DNA of 64,000 nt from an uncultured Luminiphilus sp. (GTDB taxonomy: Bacteria; Pseudomonadota; Gammaproteobacteria; Pseudomonadales; Halieaceae): NCBI GenBank assembly GCA_905182485.1, contig CAJJBO010000007.1, positions 63,097 to 127,096 on the forward strand, in the 5' to 3' direction. The notes beneath the pieces were generated by a model that saw nothing but the letters and a program-made list of their open reading frames with translations, was not told the DNA's origin and did no database searches. The position numbers were made by a program, and so were the translations under genes. This document shows, piece by piece, positions 21,023 to 31,149 of the stretch. The number at the start of each line of letters is the position of its first letter. Position 1 is the stretch's first letter.

Positions 21023-21325
21023 ATGAAGATGAAGACAGTTGTGGCATCACTGATTGCGCTACCCGCCGCGGGACTGCTTTCCAACGGGGCGATTGCGGAC
21101 ACCAGTGAACAATTGGCGACCTGTAAGGCGGCCTTGAAAGCAACCTATGGTGAGGATACTCGGGTGCGGATGTATGGCACCAAGTCTTACCGAGGCGTCA
21201 CCACCCTAAAGCTCAAGGTAAGCCCAGAGGGTCAATCGTCGCTGTCCTTGCAATGTTCAAGTGATGCTGAAGCAGATCAGCAAGTAGTACTGAAAGATAA
21301 AAATGGCGAGGTGCTGGCCTCTTAA
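21023..21325 (+). CDS. Small secreted hypothetical protein with two Cys
   Basis: GGAGG RBS and ATG 21023; signal peptide ending AIA; about 75-aa mature region. Confidence 0.65.
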   Translation: MKMKTVVASLIALPAAGLLSNGAIADTSEQLATCKAALKATYGEDTRVRMYGTKSYRGVTTLKLKVSPEGQSSLSLQCSSDAEADQQVVLKDKNGEVLAS

Positions 21326-21372
21326 TGCAGAGCAGACGGCCAGTAATACTCCCAAAGCTGAGGCACACCGAG

Positions 21373-22272
21373 ATGAATTGGGATGATTTAAAAGTGTTAC
21401 TGGCCTTATCGCGAGAGGGGTCAACCCGCAAAGCGGCTAGCAAGATGGGCGTGAGCAATACGACCGTCATGCGGCGTTTGGAGTCGCTAGAGGAGCACAT
21501 CGGGGGCAAGCTGTTTAATCGCACGCCTGATGGTTACAAGCCGACTGCGCTGGCCGATCAATTATTGCCCACCGCCATAGCCGTTGAACAAACCCTGGTC
21601 GAGGCAGAGCGGCGGGTTTCTGGAAAAGATTCAGAGCTCAGTGGGCGCGTGAAATTATCGTTACCCGCTGTGCCGGTTACTCACATATCGGAGAGCGTGG
21701 CAGAGTTTGCCCTGAAGTATCCTAGGATAGAACTCGATATTTCGATCAGTGATGAGCCAGTGGATTTGGCTCGGCGCGAGGCCGATATAGCGGTTCGTGG
21801 GCTTCCAAAAGATAAGCGCCCGCCAAAAGATATCGTGGGCATCAAGATTGGCCGTATCTCCTTGGGTTATTACGTTCATAAGGAGTTGCTCTCCGAGGCG
21901 GCTAGAGGTCAGCGTCAGTTAACGTGTATTAGAGCGTCGCACACTGTACTGAACCTAGGGGATTTGCCGGCTCCAGAGACGTTGAGGCTGGAGAGCCGAC
22001 ATCTGATCGATGGCCTGACGCCCCGAATGGTGGCGGTGACGCATAAGCTGGGTGTGGCGGCGCTGCCCTGTTTTTTGGCGAGACAGCATCCCGATTTAAT
22101 TCTTTTGCCGGGTGTCCCCTCGGCGCATTGGGGCCACACTTGGCTCCTCCACCATAAGGACCTGCGGCAGTCGGCGCGCATACGCGCCTTATTTCAGCAT
22201 CTGGCTGAGCTGGGAGAAAAATGGCCCAGCGTGTGGGACACCAGCGTTGAGGAGCAGATCAAAGTAGCGTGA
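21373..22272 (+). CDS. LysR family transcriptional regulator
   Basis: MNWDDLKVLLALSREGSTRKAA...NTTVMRRLESLEE HTH, DLARREADIAVR; the ORF extends upstream to 21325. Confidence 0.93.
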   Translation: MNWDDLKVLLALSREGSTRKAASKMGVSNTTVMRRLESLEEHIGGKLFNRTPDGYKPTALADQLLPTAIAVEQTLVEAERRVSGKDSELSGRVKLSLPAVPVTHISESVAEFALKYPRIELDISISDEPVDLARREADIAVRGLPKDKRPPKDIVGIKIGRISLGYYVHKELLSEAARGQRQLTCIRASHTVLNLGDLPAPETLRLESRHLIDGLTPRMVAVTHKLGVAALPCFLARQHPDLILLPGVPSAHWGHTWLLHHKDLRQSARIRALFQHLAELGEKWPSVWDTSVEEQIKVA

Positions 22273-22957
22273 TATTGGCCTGGCTGAGGTTTGACTGCCC
22301 CATGCTCAACACAGCGACTCCGCGTAACGACATAACGAGCGTTCTAAAAGGTGACGTCACCCTCGGAGTTGAGTCTGCGTGACTTGCCTGTCACCACTCC
22401 AAAAAGCAAGCGACTGGGACTGGCCGGCTGTGTTGCCAGGTCAGTGGACGTTTGACGCCTCGCTAAGTGACTACGCTGTGCCGCTTGAGGGCCAGCGAGC
22501 CGCTGAGGATGCTGCCTGCGACCTAAACCGCCACCTTGCACAGACACTTTGGTAAAGCGTGTAATAGGGCCCCTCAGCGCCAACATGGCACTTTAAGGTT
22601 GGCCAGATGGCACAGCAGGCTGCTCACACAGCACGATCGCCTCGCATCTTGGCCGACGGCTAACACAAGCTTCTTTCTCGCCTGTTTTATCAAGGGTCTT
22701 GGCGGCACGATCCTGATCTCGATCTGCCAGATGATTGTGCCAACACGGCTCGTCATCCTTAGCTGGAGAGTACTGTCTCGATGGGTAGCGGAAGACGAGC
22801 AAGCCGTTGCACACCGCATTTAAAAGCACATTCATCCCCCCTGAAGCTTGACAACGCCCGCACATCCAGCTTACAAAAGGTCTATTGATATAACTAAAAG
22901 CGTTTAAGCCTTAGCAGTTGGGCTCATTGCGCCGTAAATCAGACAGGAGAGCTCGCC

Positions 22958-25471
22958 ATGCGTCTTATCAAAAGCACCCCGATCGCCCTTGCAGTCAGCG
23001 CCGCTTTAGCGACATCGCTACAGGTGTCCACTGCCTTTGCGCAAGAAAGCGAGTCGATGCTTGAGGAGGTCATGGTCACAGCTCGGAAACGAGAAGAGTC
23101 ACTGGCAGAGACACCTATCGCCATTACAGCGATCAGTGCGGCGGAGATTCAGGCGGGTGCCTTTAAGAGTCTCGTCGATGTGCAGAAGACCGCGCCCGGC
23201 CTCTTCGTCGAGACAATGAATAATGAGAATGCTCGTACGGTGCTGATGCCGCGCTTTCGTGGCGTCACCTTTGACGCGTCCAGCCCGCTACAGAGAACCA
23301 GTTCGGTGTTTGTCGACGGTCTCATCGTGTCATCAGGGCTACACAGTCTGCCCATAACGCAGGTAGAGCGTATTGAGGTGATCAAGGGTCCACAGTCTGC
23401 ACTATTTGGTCGAAATACCTACTCTGGGGCGATCAACATCATTACCCGCAGGCCCGGTGACGAACTCAAAGGGGGTATCGAGGTTGATTACGGCGCCAAG
23501 AGCAAGGGATCTACTACCGGCTACATTGAAGGTCCGATAACCAGTAACTTGGGAGCTAGAGCCACTTTCAGTTATACCGACAAGGAAGGCCATTACGATA
23601 ATGCGTTCGTTGAAGGACAGCGATTAGGGGATGAGGAGACGTTGGCTTACGGCCTCATGCTGGATTTCAATCCTACGGAAGACCTCAATATTATGGTTCG
23701 GGCGTCTTCATACGAAGACGATGATGGTCCCGGTGCCTATGCCGTCGTAGGCGGACTGGCGGAGCATAATTTCTGCGCTGAACCCACTCCTGCCATTAAT
23801 AGTTTCAGCTGCTTTTTTGTCAACGGCCTGGAGTCCGCTTACAAAGGCGCGGTCAATATTCCAAGCGCGATTGGCGCGTCATCTTCTGCGGACGTGTTCA
23901 GTAAGGCGACCGGTCAGCTGAGAGACGCCAGCGGTAATTGGGCGGGCCTTTCGGGAGACGGTTATGCCCCTATTGGCGATCACTCTTTCGACGATTTGTC
24001 GCACAACGGTTTTGGTAAGGCCGGCGAAGGGGAACGGTTTGGCGCTATCGTCTCATGGGACATGACGGACTCATTGAATTTGAATGTAGCCTACGGGAAG
24101 AATGAGGATGATTACGTTCTGTTTCATGACTTCGATGCGGCGGGCGCATTTGGTTTCCACGTTTACAACGCAAGAGTGACCGAAGATGAAACCTTTGAGG
24201 TCAGATTATCGGGCACCAGCGACCGGCTTAATTGGTCAATTGGGGCGACGCAAGTTGAGATGTCTTCTAAAGCGCATGGCGGTTTTTATGACCAGTACTT
24301 TGGTGACTTTAGCGGCAGTGCGGGTTATTGGTTTGCCGATATCCGCAATCCCGATACGGCGTTTTCACTGATTGAGGCAGATACTACGGGCATTTTCGCT
24401 TCGGTGGATTTTAGCATTACCGATAAGCTTGACTTGACGCTTGAGGTGAGACGACAAGAAGACGAGATCAATGATCCCAACGTGAATGCCGCTGCGGGGA
24501 AGAACATTGCACCCGCAGAGTTTAAGTCTACGCTCCCCAGAGTGGTCCTGAAGTATCAGCTAAACGACAACCACATGTTGTATGCAAACTATAGCGAGGG
24601 CACTCTGCCGGGCGGCTTCAACCCTGAGGTGGCATCCAAGCTGACGACTCCCGAGCAGATCTCGACGTTCAATGCTGACACGCCGGGGATCGGTGAGACT
24701 TATGAAGAAGAAACGCTGAAAAACTTTGAGGCAGGTTGGAAGTACTCCTCGAACGATGGTCAGCTCGCGATGAACCTCGCGGTTTTCCATATGGAGCGCG
24801 CTGATCAGGTGTACTCTGGCTTTGGCGTCATCCCCTCTGACGTCAGCTGTTCTGGCGATACCGATGGCGACGGCGTACCAAACACGGAAACGTGCACGGT
24901 AGCATTTAGTGGAAACGGCACGTCTAGTGACATTGATGGACTGGAAATTGATTTCAATTACCGAGTCATCGATAGCCTCCTCCTGCAAGCAGCCGTGGGT
25001 TACACCAAGGCAGAGATCTCCGATTTCCCTGCTAATGGTGACTGCGGCGATTTCAATGATGTCTTTGGACCGGGTTTATCCTGCGCAGGTCAGCAGGCAG
25101 CGCGTTATCCGGAGTGGATTGGTTCGTTAATTGCGACCTATGACTTTGATACCCCGATGGGCGGGGCGTACGCCCGAGGAGAGTTCTTCTATACGGGTTC
25201 GTACTACGATGAGGTGACTAATCTCACGAAAATTCCTGATGCGACAGAGCTGAATATTCGGGTTGGTGTGCGAATGGACAACGGTATTAGCCTTGAAGCC
25301 TATGTTTCGAATCTGACCGACGAAGATGCGCCAACTGGGGGTAACAATATTGCCGACACCAGTAAGTATGTGAGAGACACCACCTTTGCCTATAACTTTG
25401 CGGTAGAAAGTGTGCACATCCACATGCGAGATCAGCGAGAGGCCGGCGTAAGACTCCGCTGGGATTTCTGA
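22958..25471 (+). CDS. TonB-dependent outer membrane receptor
   Basis: Signal peptide, TonB box LEEVMVTARKR, ERIEVIKGPQSALFGRN, C-terminal GVRLRWDF. Confidence 0.95.
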   Translation: MRLIKSTPIALAVSAALATSLQVSTAFAQESESMLEEVMVTARKREESLAETPIAITAISAAEIQAGAFKSLVDVQKTAPGLFVETMNNENARTVLMPRFRGVTFDASSPLQRTSSVFVDGLIVSSGLHSLPITQVERIEVIKGPQSALFGRNTYSGAINIITRRPGDELKGGIEVDYGAKSKGSTTGYIEGPITSNLGARATFSYTDKEGHYDNAFVEGQRLGDEETLAYGLMLDFNPTEDLNIMVRASSYEDDDGPGAYAVVGGLAEHNFCAEPTPAINSFSCFFVNGLESAYKGAVNIPSAIGASSSADVFSKATGQLRDASGNWAGLSGDGYAPIGDHSFDDLSHNGFGKAGEGERFGAIVSWDMTDSLNLNVAYGKNEDDYVLFHDFDAAGAFGFHVYNARVTEDETFEVRLSGTSDRLNWSIGATQVEMSSKAHGGFYDQYFGDFSGSAGYWFADIRNPDTAFSLIEADTTGIFASVDFSITDKLDLTLEVRRQEDEINDPNVNAAAGKNIAPAEFKSTLPRVVLKYQLNDNHMLYANYSEGTLPGGFNPEVASKLTTPEQISTFNADTPGIGETYEEETLKNFEAGWKYSSNDGQLAMNLAVFHMERADQVYSGFGVIPSDVSCSGDTDGDGVPNTETCTVAFSGNGTSSDIDGLEIDFNYRVIDSLLLQAAVGYTKAEISDFPANGDCGDFNDVFGPGLSCAGQQAARYPEWIGSLIATYDFDTPMGGAYARGEFFYTGSYYDEVTNLTKIPDATELNIRVGVRMDNGISLEAYVSNLTDEDAPTGGNNIADTSKYVRDTTFAYNFAVESVHIHMRDQREAGVRLRWDF

Positions 25472-25525
25472 TCTGGCTTTATCAAGCCAATATCCCAGAC
25501 TTAAAGTTGAGTCTGGTACGAGAAG

Positions 25526-25552
25526 AGCAGCCTCGTTAGGCTGCTTTTTTTT
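25526..25552 (+). terminator. Rho-independent terminator
   Basis: AGCAGCCT-CGTT-AGGCTGCT followed by a T tract downstream of the receptor. Confidence 0.85.
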
Positions 25553-25641
25553 GCGCGGCATGAAGGCTTTTCGCGCAAGAAAATACAGGCTGACAACCAC
25601 TGGCTAGAATGGTCTTCGGTCGAGGGAGGATGGATTAACTG

Positions 25642-26712
25642 ATGAATTTGAGGACAGTCAAAACGCTTCACCGATGGTTGGCTTTCATATTGGGTGCGTT
25701 CGTCGTCTTTCAAATAACGTCCGGAAGTATTGCTGCAGAGAGTCGCTTATTAATGCAGTGGTTTTATCCCGAAAAATACCGCGTAGAGGTGGGAAGTTCA
25801 CCTGCTACGCCGACGCAGATTCAGCAAGCAATGCGTAAGATCGCCCCCGATTTCAATATCGCTCATGTGATGGTGCCGCCGCCAGATAGGGCCAATACCG
25901 CTTATATGTTGATGGGGGGAAGAAACCCAGAGAATCTGCACGATGCTAAAACCATGGTGGATTACGATCAGTATCAACAGCGTCTGATTGCCGAATATCC
26001 GTTGGTGGAGTCTGGCTGGATCGGCACGATGACAGTGCTGCATCGTTGGATTGTTTTCGGGAAGGCGGGTCTCTATGTTGTGTGTTTGCTAGGTTTAGCG
26101 ACAGTTCTGATGTCTCTATCTGGTATCTGGCTTTACGTGAAGACGCGACAAAGTGCTCGCCAACTTCCTATGCTCAATCGTTATCACCGTACGCTTGGCA
26201 TCATCGCTTCTGCCTTTTTAATTGTGACATCGCTTAGTGGCATGGTCATGAGCTACGTGTATTGGGGGGATCGTGAGGCGAAGCTCTCTGTGTTTGCCAA
26301 CATGGCCCAGGCAGACTCCGCTAGCGAGTACCCGCTTCACGACCTCGCCATTGTTGATCCTGATGCCGCGTATCAAACTGCCCGTGTGTCATTACCTGAC
26401 GACTATCATCTCAGTGCCTACTCTTATGCCAGCCCGCATAAACCCCATTATTGGTTCGCTTTTTTTAATCCGCGCATGTTCCGCAAAGATGTCGTAATTG
26501 ACGGGGTTACCGGCGAGCTAAAAGGAATTTATGCGGCGGGTAAACTAGAGAGAGGATCAGGCTTCAGGGACGTTCTACTACCGATTCATACCGGCAAATA
26601 CTTTGGCCCTATCGGCGGTTTTTTGATGACTTTCTTTGGTTTTGTCGTCGTGCTGTGGTTGTTGTCAGGTATCGCGATGTATATCAGTTCTCGCCGAGGC
26701 GCCCCCGCTTAA
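25642..26712 (+). CDS. PepSY-associated TM helix domain protein
   Basis: LHRWLAFILG, LHRW, YHRTLG, PIHTGKYFG His-bearing TM helices alternating with periplasmic PepSY-like segments. Confidence 0.85.
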   Translation: MNLRTVKTLHRWLAFILGAFVVFQITSGSIAAESRLLMQWFYPEKYRVEVGSSPATPTQIQQAMRKIAPDFNIAHVMVPPPDRANTAYMLMGGRNPENLHDAKTMVDYDQYQQRLIAEYPLVESGWIGTMTVLHRWIVFGKAGLYVVCLLGLATVLMSLSGIWLYVKTRQSARQLPMLNRYHRTLGIIASAFLIVTSLSGMVMSYVYWGDREAKLSVFANMAQADSASEYPLHDLAIVDPDAAYQTARVSLPDDYHLSAYSYASPHKPHYWFAFFNPRMFRKDVVIDGVTGELKGIYAAGKLERGSGFRDVLLPIHTGKYFGPIGGFLMTFFGFVVVLWLLSGIAMYISSRRGAPA

Positions 26713-26714
26713 GG

Positions 26715-28185
26715 TCACCACTTTCGGCGCCACCATAAGATTGGGCCGGTCACAATGATCAAGATGCCCATCAGCGTCAAGGCATCGCTGATCCAGCGAA
26801 ATTGAGGATGAAAAATGTTACCTGTGTGGACGTCGATCATGAACAAGATACCACGTTGCAGCCTCCAGATTGGGGTGTTTGAGCGGATCGATTGTGAATG
26901 CGAATTGACCGCTATCTCTGAAGAAACCCCTGCTATTTTTAACGAATAAGCCTGCATCAGTAAATTCCGCGTCGTACACAATGCTTGGCAGGCCGGTCAT
27001 TGATCGCCAATCCGAGTCGCTGTCGGCCCTAACAAAAAATTGCCGAGAGTTAGTGCTGTAAAAAACGTGATCGCCGGATCTGAATAACTGCCCTCGCTGC
27101 GATCCCAAGGCTTTCTCAGACGACCAGCTGGCGCCGCCGTCATCCGTGACAAGAACACCATACCGCGTTGAGATGAGCATCCGCTCGTGTTCACCCGGAA
27201 ACGTGACGACTTGATCGATTTCTCCTTGTAGTGATTCATATCTCCAAACGGGCGGCAATTGCTCACGCCTCACCTCTCGGGCTTCTCCCCATTCCATAAA
27301 GGTCAGGAAGTGATTGAACATGATGCCCGTAACCGATAAATACAGGATCGGTATGATTCCAAGAATCCCAATTACGGGTGCGTGACCGCGATAAAGACTG
27401 ACAATAATTGATTTGCGGTGATCGGTTGGAGGGCTTTTTCTCCGTTTCCAGCGGCGTTTCAGATACCAAGTGAGTAGGCCTGTGGTAGACAATATGATCA
27501 GAGCGAGCCCGCCAAAGTCGTTAATCAAAGTTGACCATTTACGCGACAGCAAGCCATATCCAAAGTGCAGATCAAACAGAAATTGATAGACCGTTATGGT
27601 CTCGGGCAGCCCCGACACCTTAGGCTGATCGAGATTGAGCATCTCAATGCTGTTTGGTGCATCGAGATCTATTGTGAAGATTTGGTTGAAGTCTTTAACA
27701 CCAATGATCGAATGCGGATCTGAGCCCGGTGAGATCATGTTGATGAAGTCACCACCCAACGCAAGCCGCTTAATAGGGCCGTCGAAGCCGTGCATTGCCC
27801 AGATGCCATCATCGGTCGCAATAATGATCCGAGGCACACTATCGATATTCAGTTTGGCAAGTCGCAATATCTGTGGATGCTCGCCGTTTGGAAAGGCCAG
27901 CTTGGACCAAGTAGCCCCCCGGTTGTCGGTTATCCAAAGACCTCGCTCAGAGCCACCGATCCATTGGTTTATATCGGCTGGGTGCGCGGCCACGTAACGC
28001 ATCACCGTAGCAGGCAGATACCGCATCATTGAGGGTGAAAGCCAGTTTTCTGGGACCTCCGCTTGTCGGAGCCAGCGCCAGTCATCATGGTCAAGAAAAA
28101 TACCCGTTATACCTAGGGTCAGTAACCAAGCGCCGGCAATTAATCCAAGCCAGCGGTGAATGTTTACCAATTGTCGTCGCTTCAT
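26715..28185 (-). CDS. PepSY-associated TM protein with BNR/beta-propeller periplasmic domains, frameshift ~26840
   Basis: IHRWLGL, TGIFLDH, Asp-box-like TDNRGATW and TDDGGASW, DLHFG; the C-terminus FMIDVHTG...WWRRKW is in ORF 26715-26981. Confidence 0.8.
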
Positions 28186-28306
28186 AGGAACGAATGTCGG
28201 AGTGAATGATCAGGAGCACTCGGTGTCGTTTCCGGATTGAGAATGAAAAAAGAAGGCAGTTGTGGTGAGTACCGAATGAAGATGGCGTTGTCGCGGTGCA
28301 CAAACG

Positions 28307-29836
28307 TCATGGTGCTTCGAGGGATCCCAGCTTTCTGATGGGCGTATCGCCATAGGCAGTGATAGTGGCTTTTTCTTCTGTAAAGAACTCAGCCGCCTGA
28401 CGTGGGCCATCGCGACCAATTCCCGATTCTTTGAAGCCACCAAAGGGTGCGCGCAGATCGCGAGCCAAAGGTGTGTTGATCCACAGCGTACCGGCTTCAA
28501 TACGCTGCTGGAAAAGTTGCGCGCGTGTGAGATCGTTAGTCCAGCAGTAGCCCACTAAGCCAAACCGGCTGTCATTCGCCAGTGAGATTGCCTCTTCATC
28601 CTCGTCAAATATCTGGATGCTGACCACTGGGCCGAAGACCTCTTCTTGGCACAGCGGCAATTGGTTGTTGTGAACTTGAAATACCGTGGGTGTGACGAAA
28701 TACCCGCTACCAAGGTCGGTCGGGGCTTCACCCCCGCAGAGTAATATTGCGCCATCGTTTTTTCCGCGGGCGATGTGATCGAGGACCCTTTCCCAGTGGC
28801 CTTTGAACGCCATGGGTCCTACCTCTACGGTTGGATCCAGTGGATTGCCCACTTTCAGGGACTGAGTTCTTGCTACGAAGGCTGCTATGAAGCGCTCAGA
28901 GATGCCGCGCTGCACTAATATTCTTGATCCCGCAATGCAGATCTGGCCGCTGTTGCTGAAAATATTGACCAGCGAGCCATCTATTGCCCGCTCAAAATCA
29001 GCATCATCAAACACGATGTTCGCAGACTTGCCGCCCAGCTCGAAATGAACGGGAGTCAGGTGGTTGGCCGCCGCCGCCATCACTTGTCGTGCCGAAGTGC
29101 CGCCGCCGGTGAAGGCGATACGATCGATTCCGGCAGAGCCGGCCAAGGCCGCGCCAGTTTTCATGCCGGTGCCATTGATGACATTAATCGTACCGGGCGG
29201 TAGGCCCGCCTCTTCCAGCAGTGACACCATGCGTAAAATCGATAGCGGCGTATGTTCAGAAGGTTTCAGCACACAGGTGTTACCAAAAGCCAAACTGGAG
29301 GCAATCTGCATGCTGGCTAATGCCAGCGGCGCGTTCCATGGGGCGAACAAAGCAGCCACGCCAGCTGGCTGGCGCGTGACAGTGGTTTGGTATCCGGACA
29401 TCTGCTCAAATGTTTCGCCGGCCATGACGGCGATATAGTCAGCGAAAAAATCGAGGTTATCGGCCGCTCTCGGGACTTGCCTAGAGGCCAGATGAGAAGC
29501 CGGAAGGCCCGCGCAGAGGCATTCCAGTAACGCGAGCTCCTCAGCATGCTCGCGGATCAGTTTCGCCCCTCGGCGAAAAACCCCCTGTCGCGCTGCGGTA
29601 GAGGTTTGAGACCAAGCACCGTATTGAAAGCTATCACGGGCACAGGCAACGGCTCGCGCTACTGTTTCGGCATCATCCTCCTGAAGCAAGGTCAGTTGTT
29701 CCCCTGTACCGGGAAAGTGCAAGGCGAGCTGATTCGCGCGTGGGTCAATGGGTAGCGATTCGGCGCCGATATATCCCGTCACGACATCGGGTAGGACCAG
29801 TCCTTTTTCAGCCATTATCTGGTCGATAGCGGTCAT
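28307..29836 (-). CDS. Aldehyde dehydrogenase, 2-hydroxymuconate-semialdehyde dehydrogenase (HpaE/DmpC)-like
   Basis: APWNAP, KPSE, FTGG, ELGGKS, GQICIAGSR, EEVFGP, RDLRAPFGGFKESGIGR; probable start MTAIDQ. Confidence 0.85.
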   Translation of the reverse strand: MTAIDQIMAEKGLVLPDVVTGYIGAESLPIDPRANQLALHFPGTGEQLTLLQEDDAETVARAVACARDSFQYGAWSQTSTAARQGVFRRGAKLIREHAEELALLECLCAGLPASHLASRQVPRAADNLDFFADYIAVMAGETFEQMSGYQTTVTRQPAGVAALFAPWNAPLALASMQIASSLAFGNTCVLKPSEHTPLSILRMVSLLEEAGLPPGTINVINGTGMKTGAALAGSAGIDRIAFTGGGTSARQVMAAAANHLTPVHFELGGKSANIVFDDADFERAIDGSLVNIFSNSGQICIAGSRILVQRGISERFIAAFVARTQSLKVGNPLDPTVEVGPMAFKGHWERVLDHIARGKNDGAILLCGGEAPTDLGSGYFVTPTVFQVHNNQLPLCQEEVFGPVVSIQIFDEDEEAISLANDSRFGLVGYCWTNDLTRAQLFQQRIEAGTLWINTPLARDLRAPFGGFKESGIGRDGPRQAAEFFTEEKATITAYGDTPIRKLGSLEAP

Positions 29837-29846
29837 CAAGTTACCC

Positions 29847-31040
29847 TCATTCAATCGTCTTTTCACGCTGGCGTGATCGAATCATAGCCGCATCGAGCAG
29901 GTAATCGCGATGCTTCACCGGATCACTGACGATTTCTTGCAGCTCGTTCCAGATTAACATCCGTTTGCTCGCCTCGGTCTCGCGGTGTCTCGCATAGTTG
30001 CGCGCCGACAGGCGTTGCACCTCCTCTTGCGCGATGGTGCGCCGGCGTCGATCGTAGCGTTCGAGTAGTAGGGGGTCGTCTCCGTTAATGACGGGAACCA
30101 GATGGTCTGCCAGTGACCGGGCATCATGGATACCACTGTTCATCCCCATCCCGCCGGCAGGGCTGTTGAGATGTGCTGCGTCGCCGATAAACAGCGTGCG
30201 TCCATGACAAAAGCGCGCCAGGCAGCGCTGGTGCAGCGTGTAGTAGTTCCGAGTGAGGATGGCCGTACCGCTGGCGCGTGGGGAGACGCGGGCAATATGA
30301 GTTTGTGCTACGGCGTCACTCAACGCACTCTCAATATCCTGATCTTGTTCTGGAGAATAGGTCAATCGCCAAGTATTCCGCAGGCGCATCAAGCTGTAAT
30401 GGCGATCAGGCAACCACACATAATTGACGCCCAGAAGGTTGGGAATATCGTCTTCAAATGGATACTCGAGTACTAGAGTAATGGACGTTTTGGGAAAGGT
30501 TTGACCGTCAAAATCAAGCCCGAGAGATTTACGTACCTGACTACTAGCGCCATCTGCGGCGATCAGCCAGTCGCAGACGTTAACGCTGTCTTCTCCTGCG
30601 GACTGGTATTGGACGGTCACCTGACTTTCTCCAGGTATGACGGACTGTAATGTGGCGCCCAGTCGTAGCTCACAAAGCGGCTCTTTCGCCAACTTTTCTG
30701 CCAGCAGTTCAGTCAACTGAAATTGCTCACACTGTAAGCGAAAAGGGTGGGCGGTCACTTCGCTAAGGTGGGCCATGTCGAACACTGCTCGTTCCCCGCT
30801 TTCGTGAATCAGATACTGCCACTGGGGCACGACAGTACCGCGCTCAATGAGCGTGGCGGCGAGTCCTGATTCTGTGAGGAGATCGAGGGTGGCGGGATGA
30901 AAAGTGGACGCGCGCATATCCCTTGGAATGGCGGTTTCGCGCTCCAACACGGTGACGCTGACGCCTTGTTCAACCAGCCACCAGGCGAGCGTTAGCCCGG
31001 AAGGTCCGGCCCCAATAATCGTGACCTGTGAATCAGACAT
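29847..31040 (-). CDS. FAD-dependent monooxygenase (group A, MhpA/PheA-like)
   Basis: IIGAGPSGL, IAADGASS, GDAAHLNSPAGGMGMNSGIHDA. Confidence 0.88.
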   Translation of the reverse strand: MSDSQVTIIGAGPSGLTLAWWLVEQGVSVTVLERETAIPRDMRASTFHPATLDLLTESGLAATLIERGTVVPQWQYLIHESGERAVFDMAHLSEVTAHPFRLQCEQFQLTELLAEKLAKEPLCELRLGATLQSVIPGESQVTVQYQSAGEDSVNVCDWLIAADGASSQVRKSLGLDFDGQTFPKTSITLVLEYPFEDDIPNLLGVNYVWLPDRHYSLMRLRNTWRLTYSPEQDQDIESALSDAVAQTHIARVSPRASGTAILTRNYYTLHQRCLARFCHGRTLFIGDAAHLNSPAGGMGMNSGIHDARSLADHLVPVINGDDPLLLERYDRRRRTIAQEEVQRLSARNYARHRETEASKRMLIWNELQEIVSDPVKHRDYLLDAAMIRSRQREKTIE

Positions 31041-31149
31041 GATGCATCGAGTCTCGGGTGAGTATCATTGCCACAGCGCTCAGGTTGGGTGAGGTCTTCG
31101 GTGAAAGCTGCCATGTTATATTGCGGAGCAGTGCGCGAACGGGCAATAG

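Noticed and set aside
22273-22957. Cobalamin or other riboswitch upstream of the TonB receptor
   Set aside because: An ACTGCCCC stretch exists near 22294, but I could not find the GGGAA and B12-box elements in the required arrangement.
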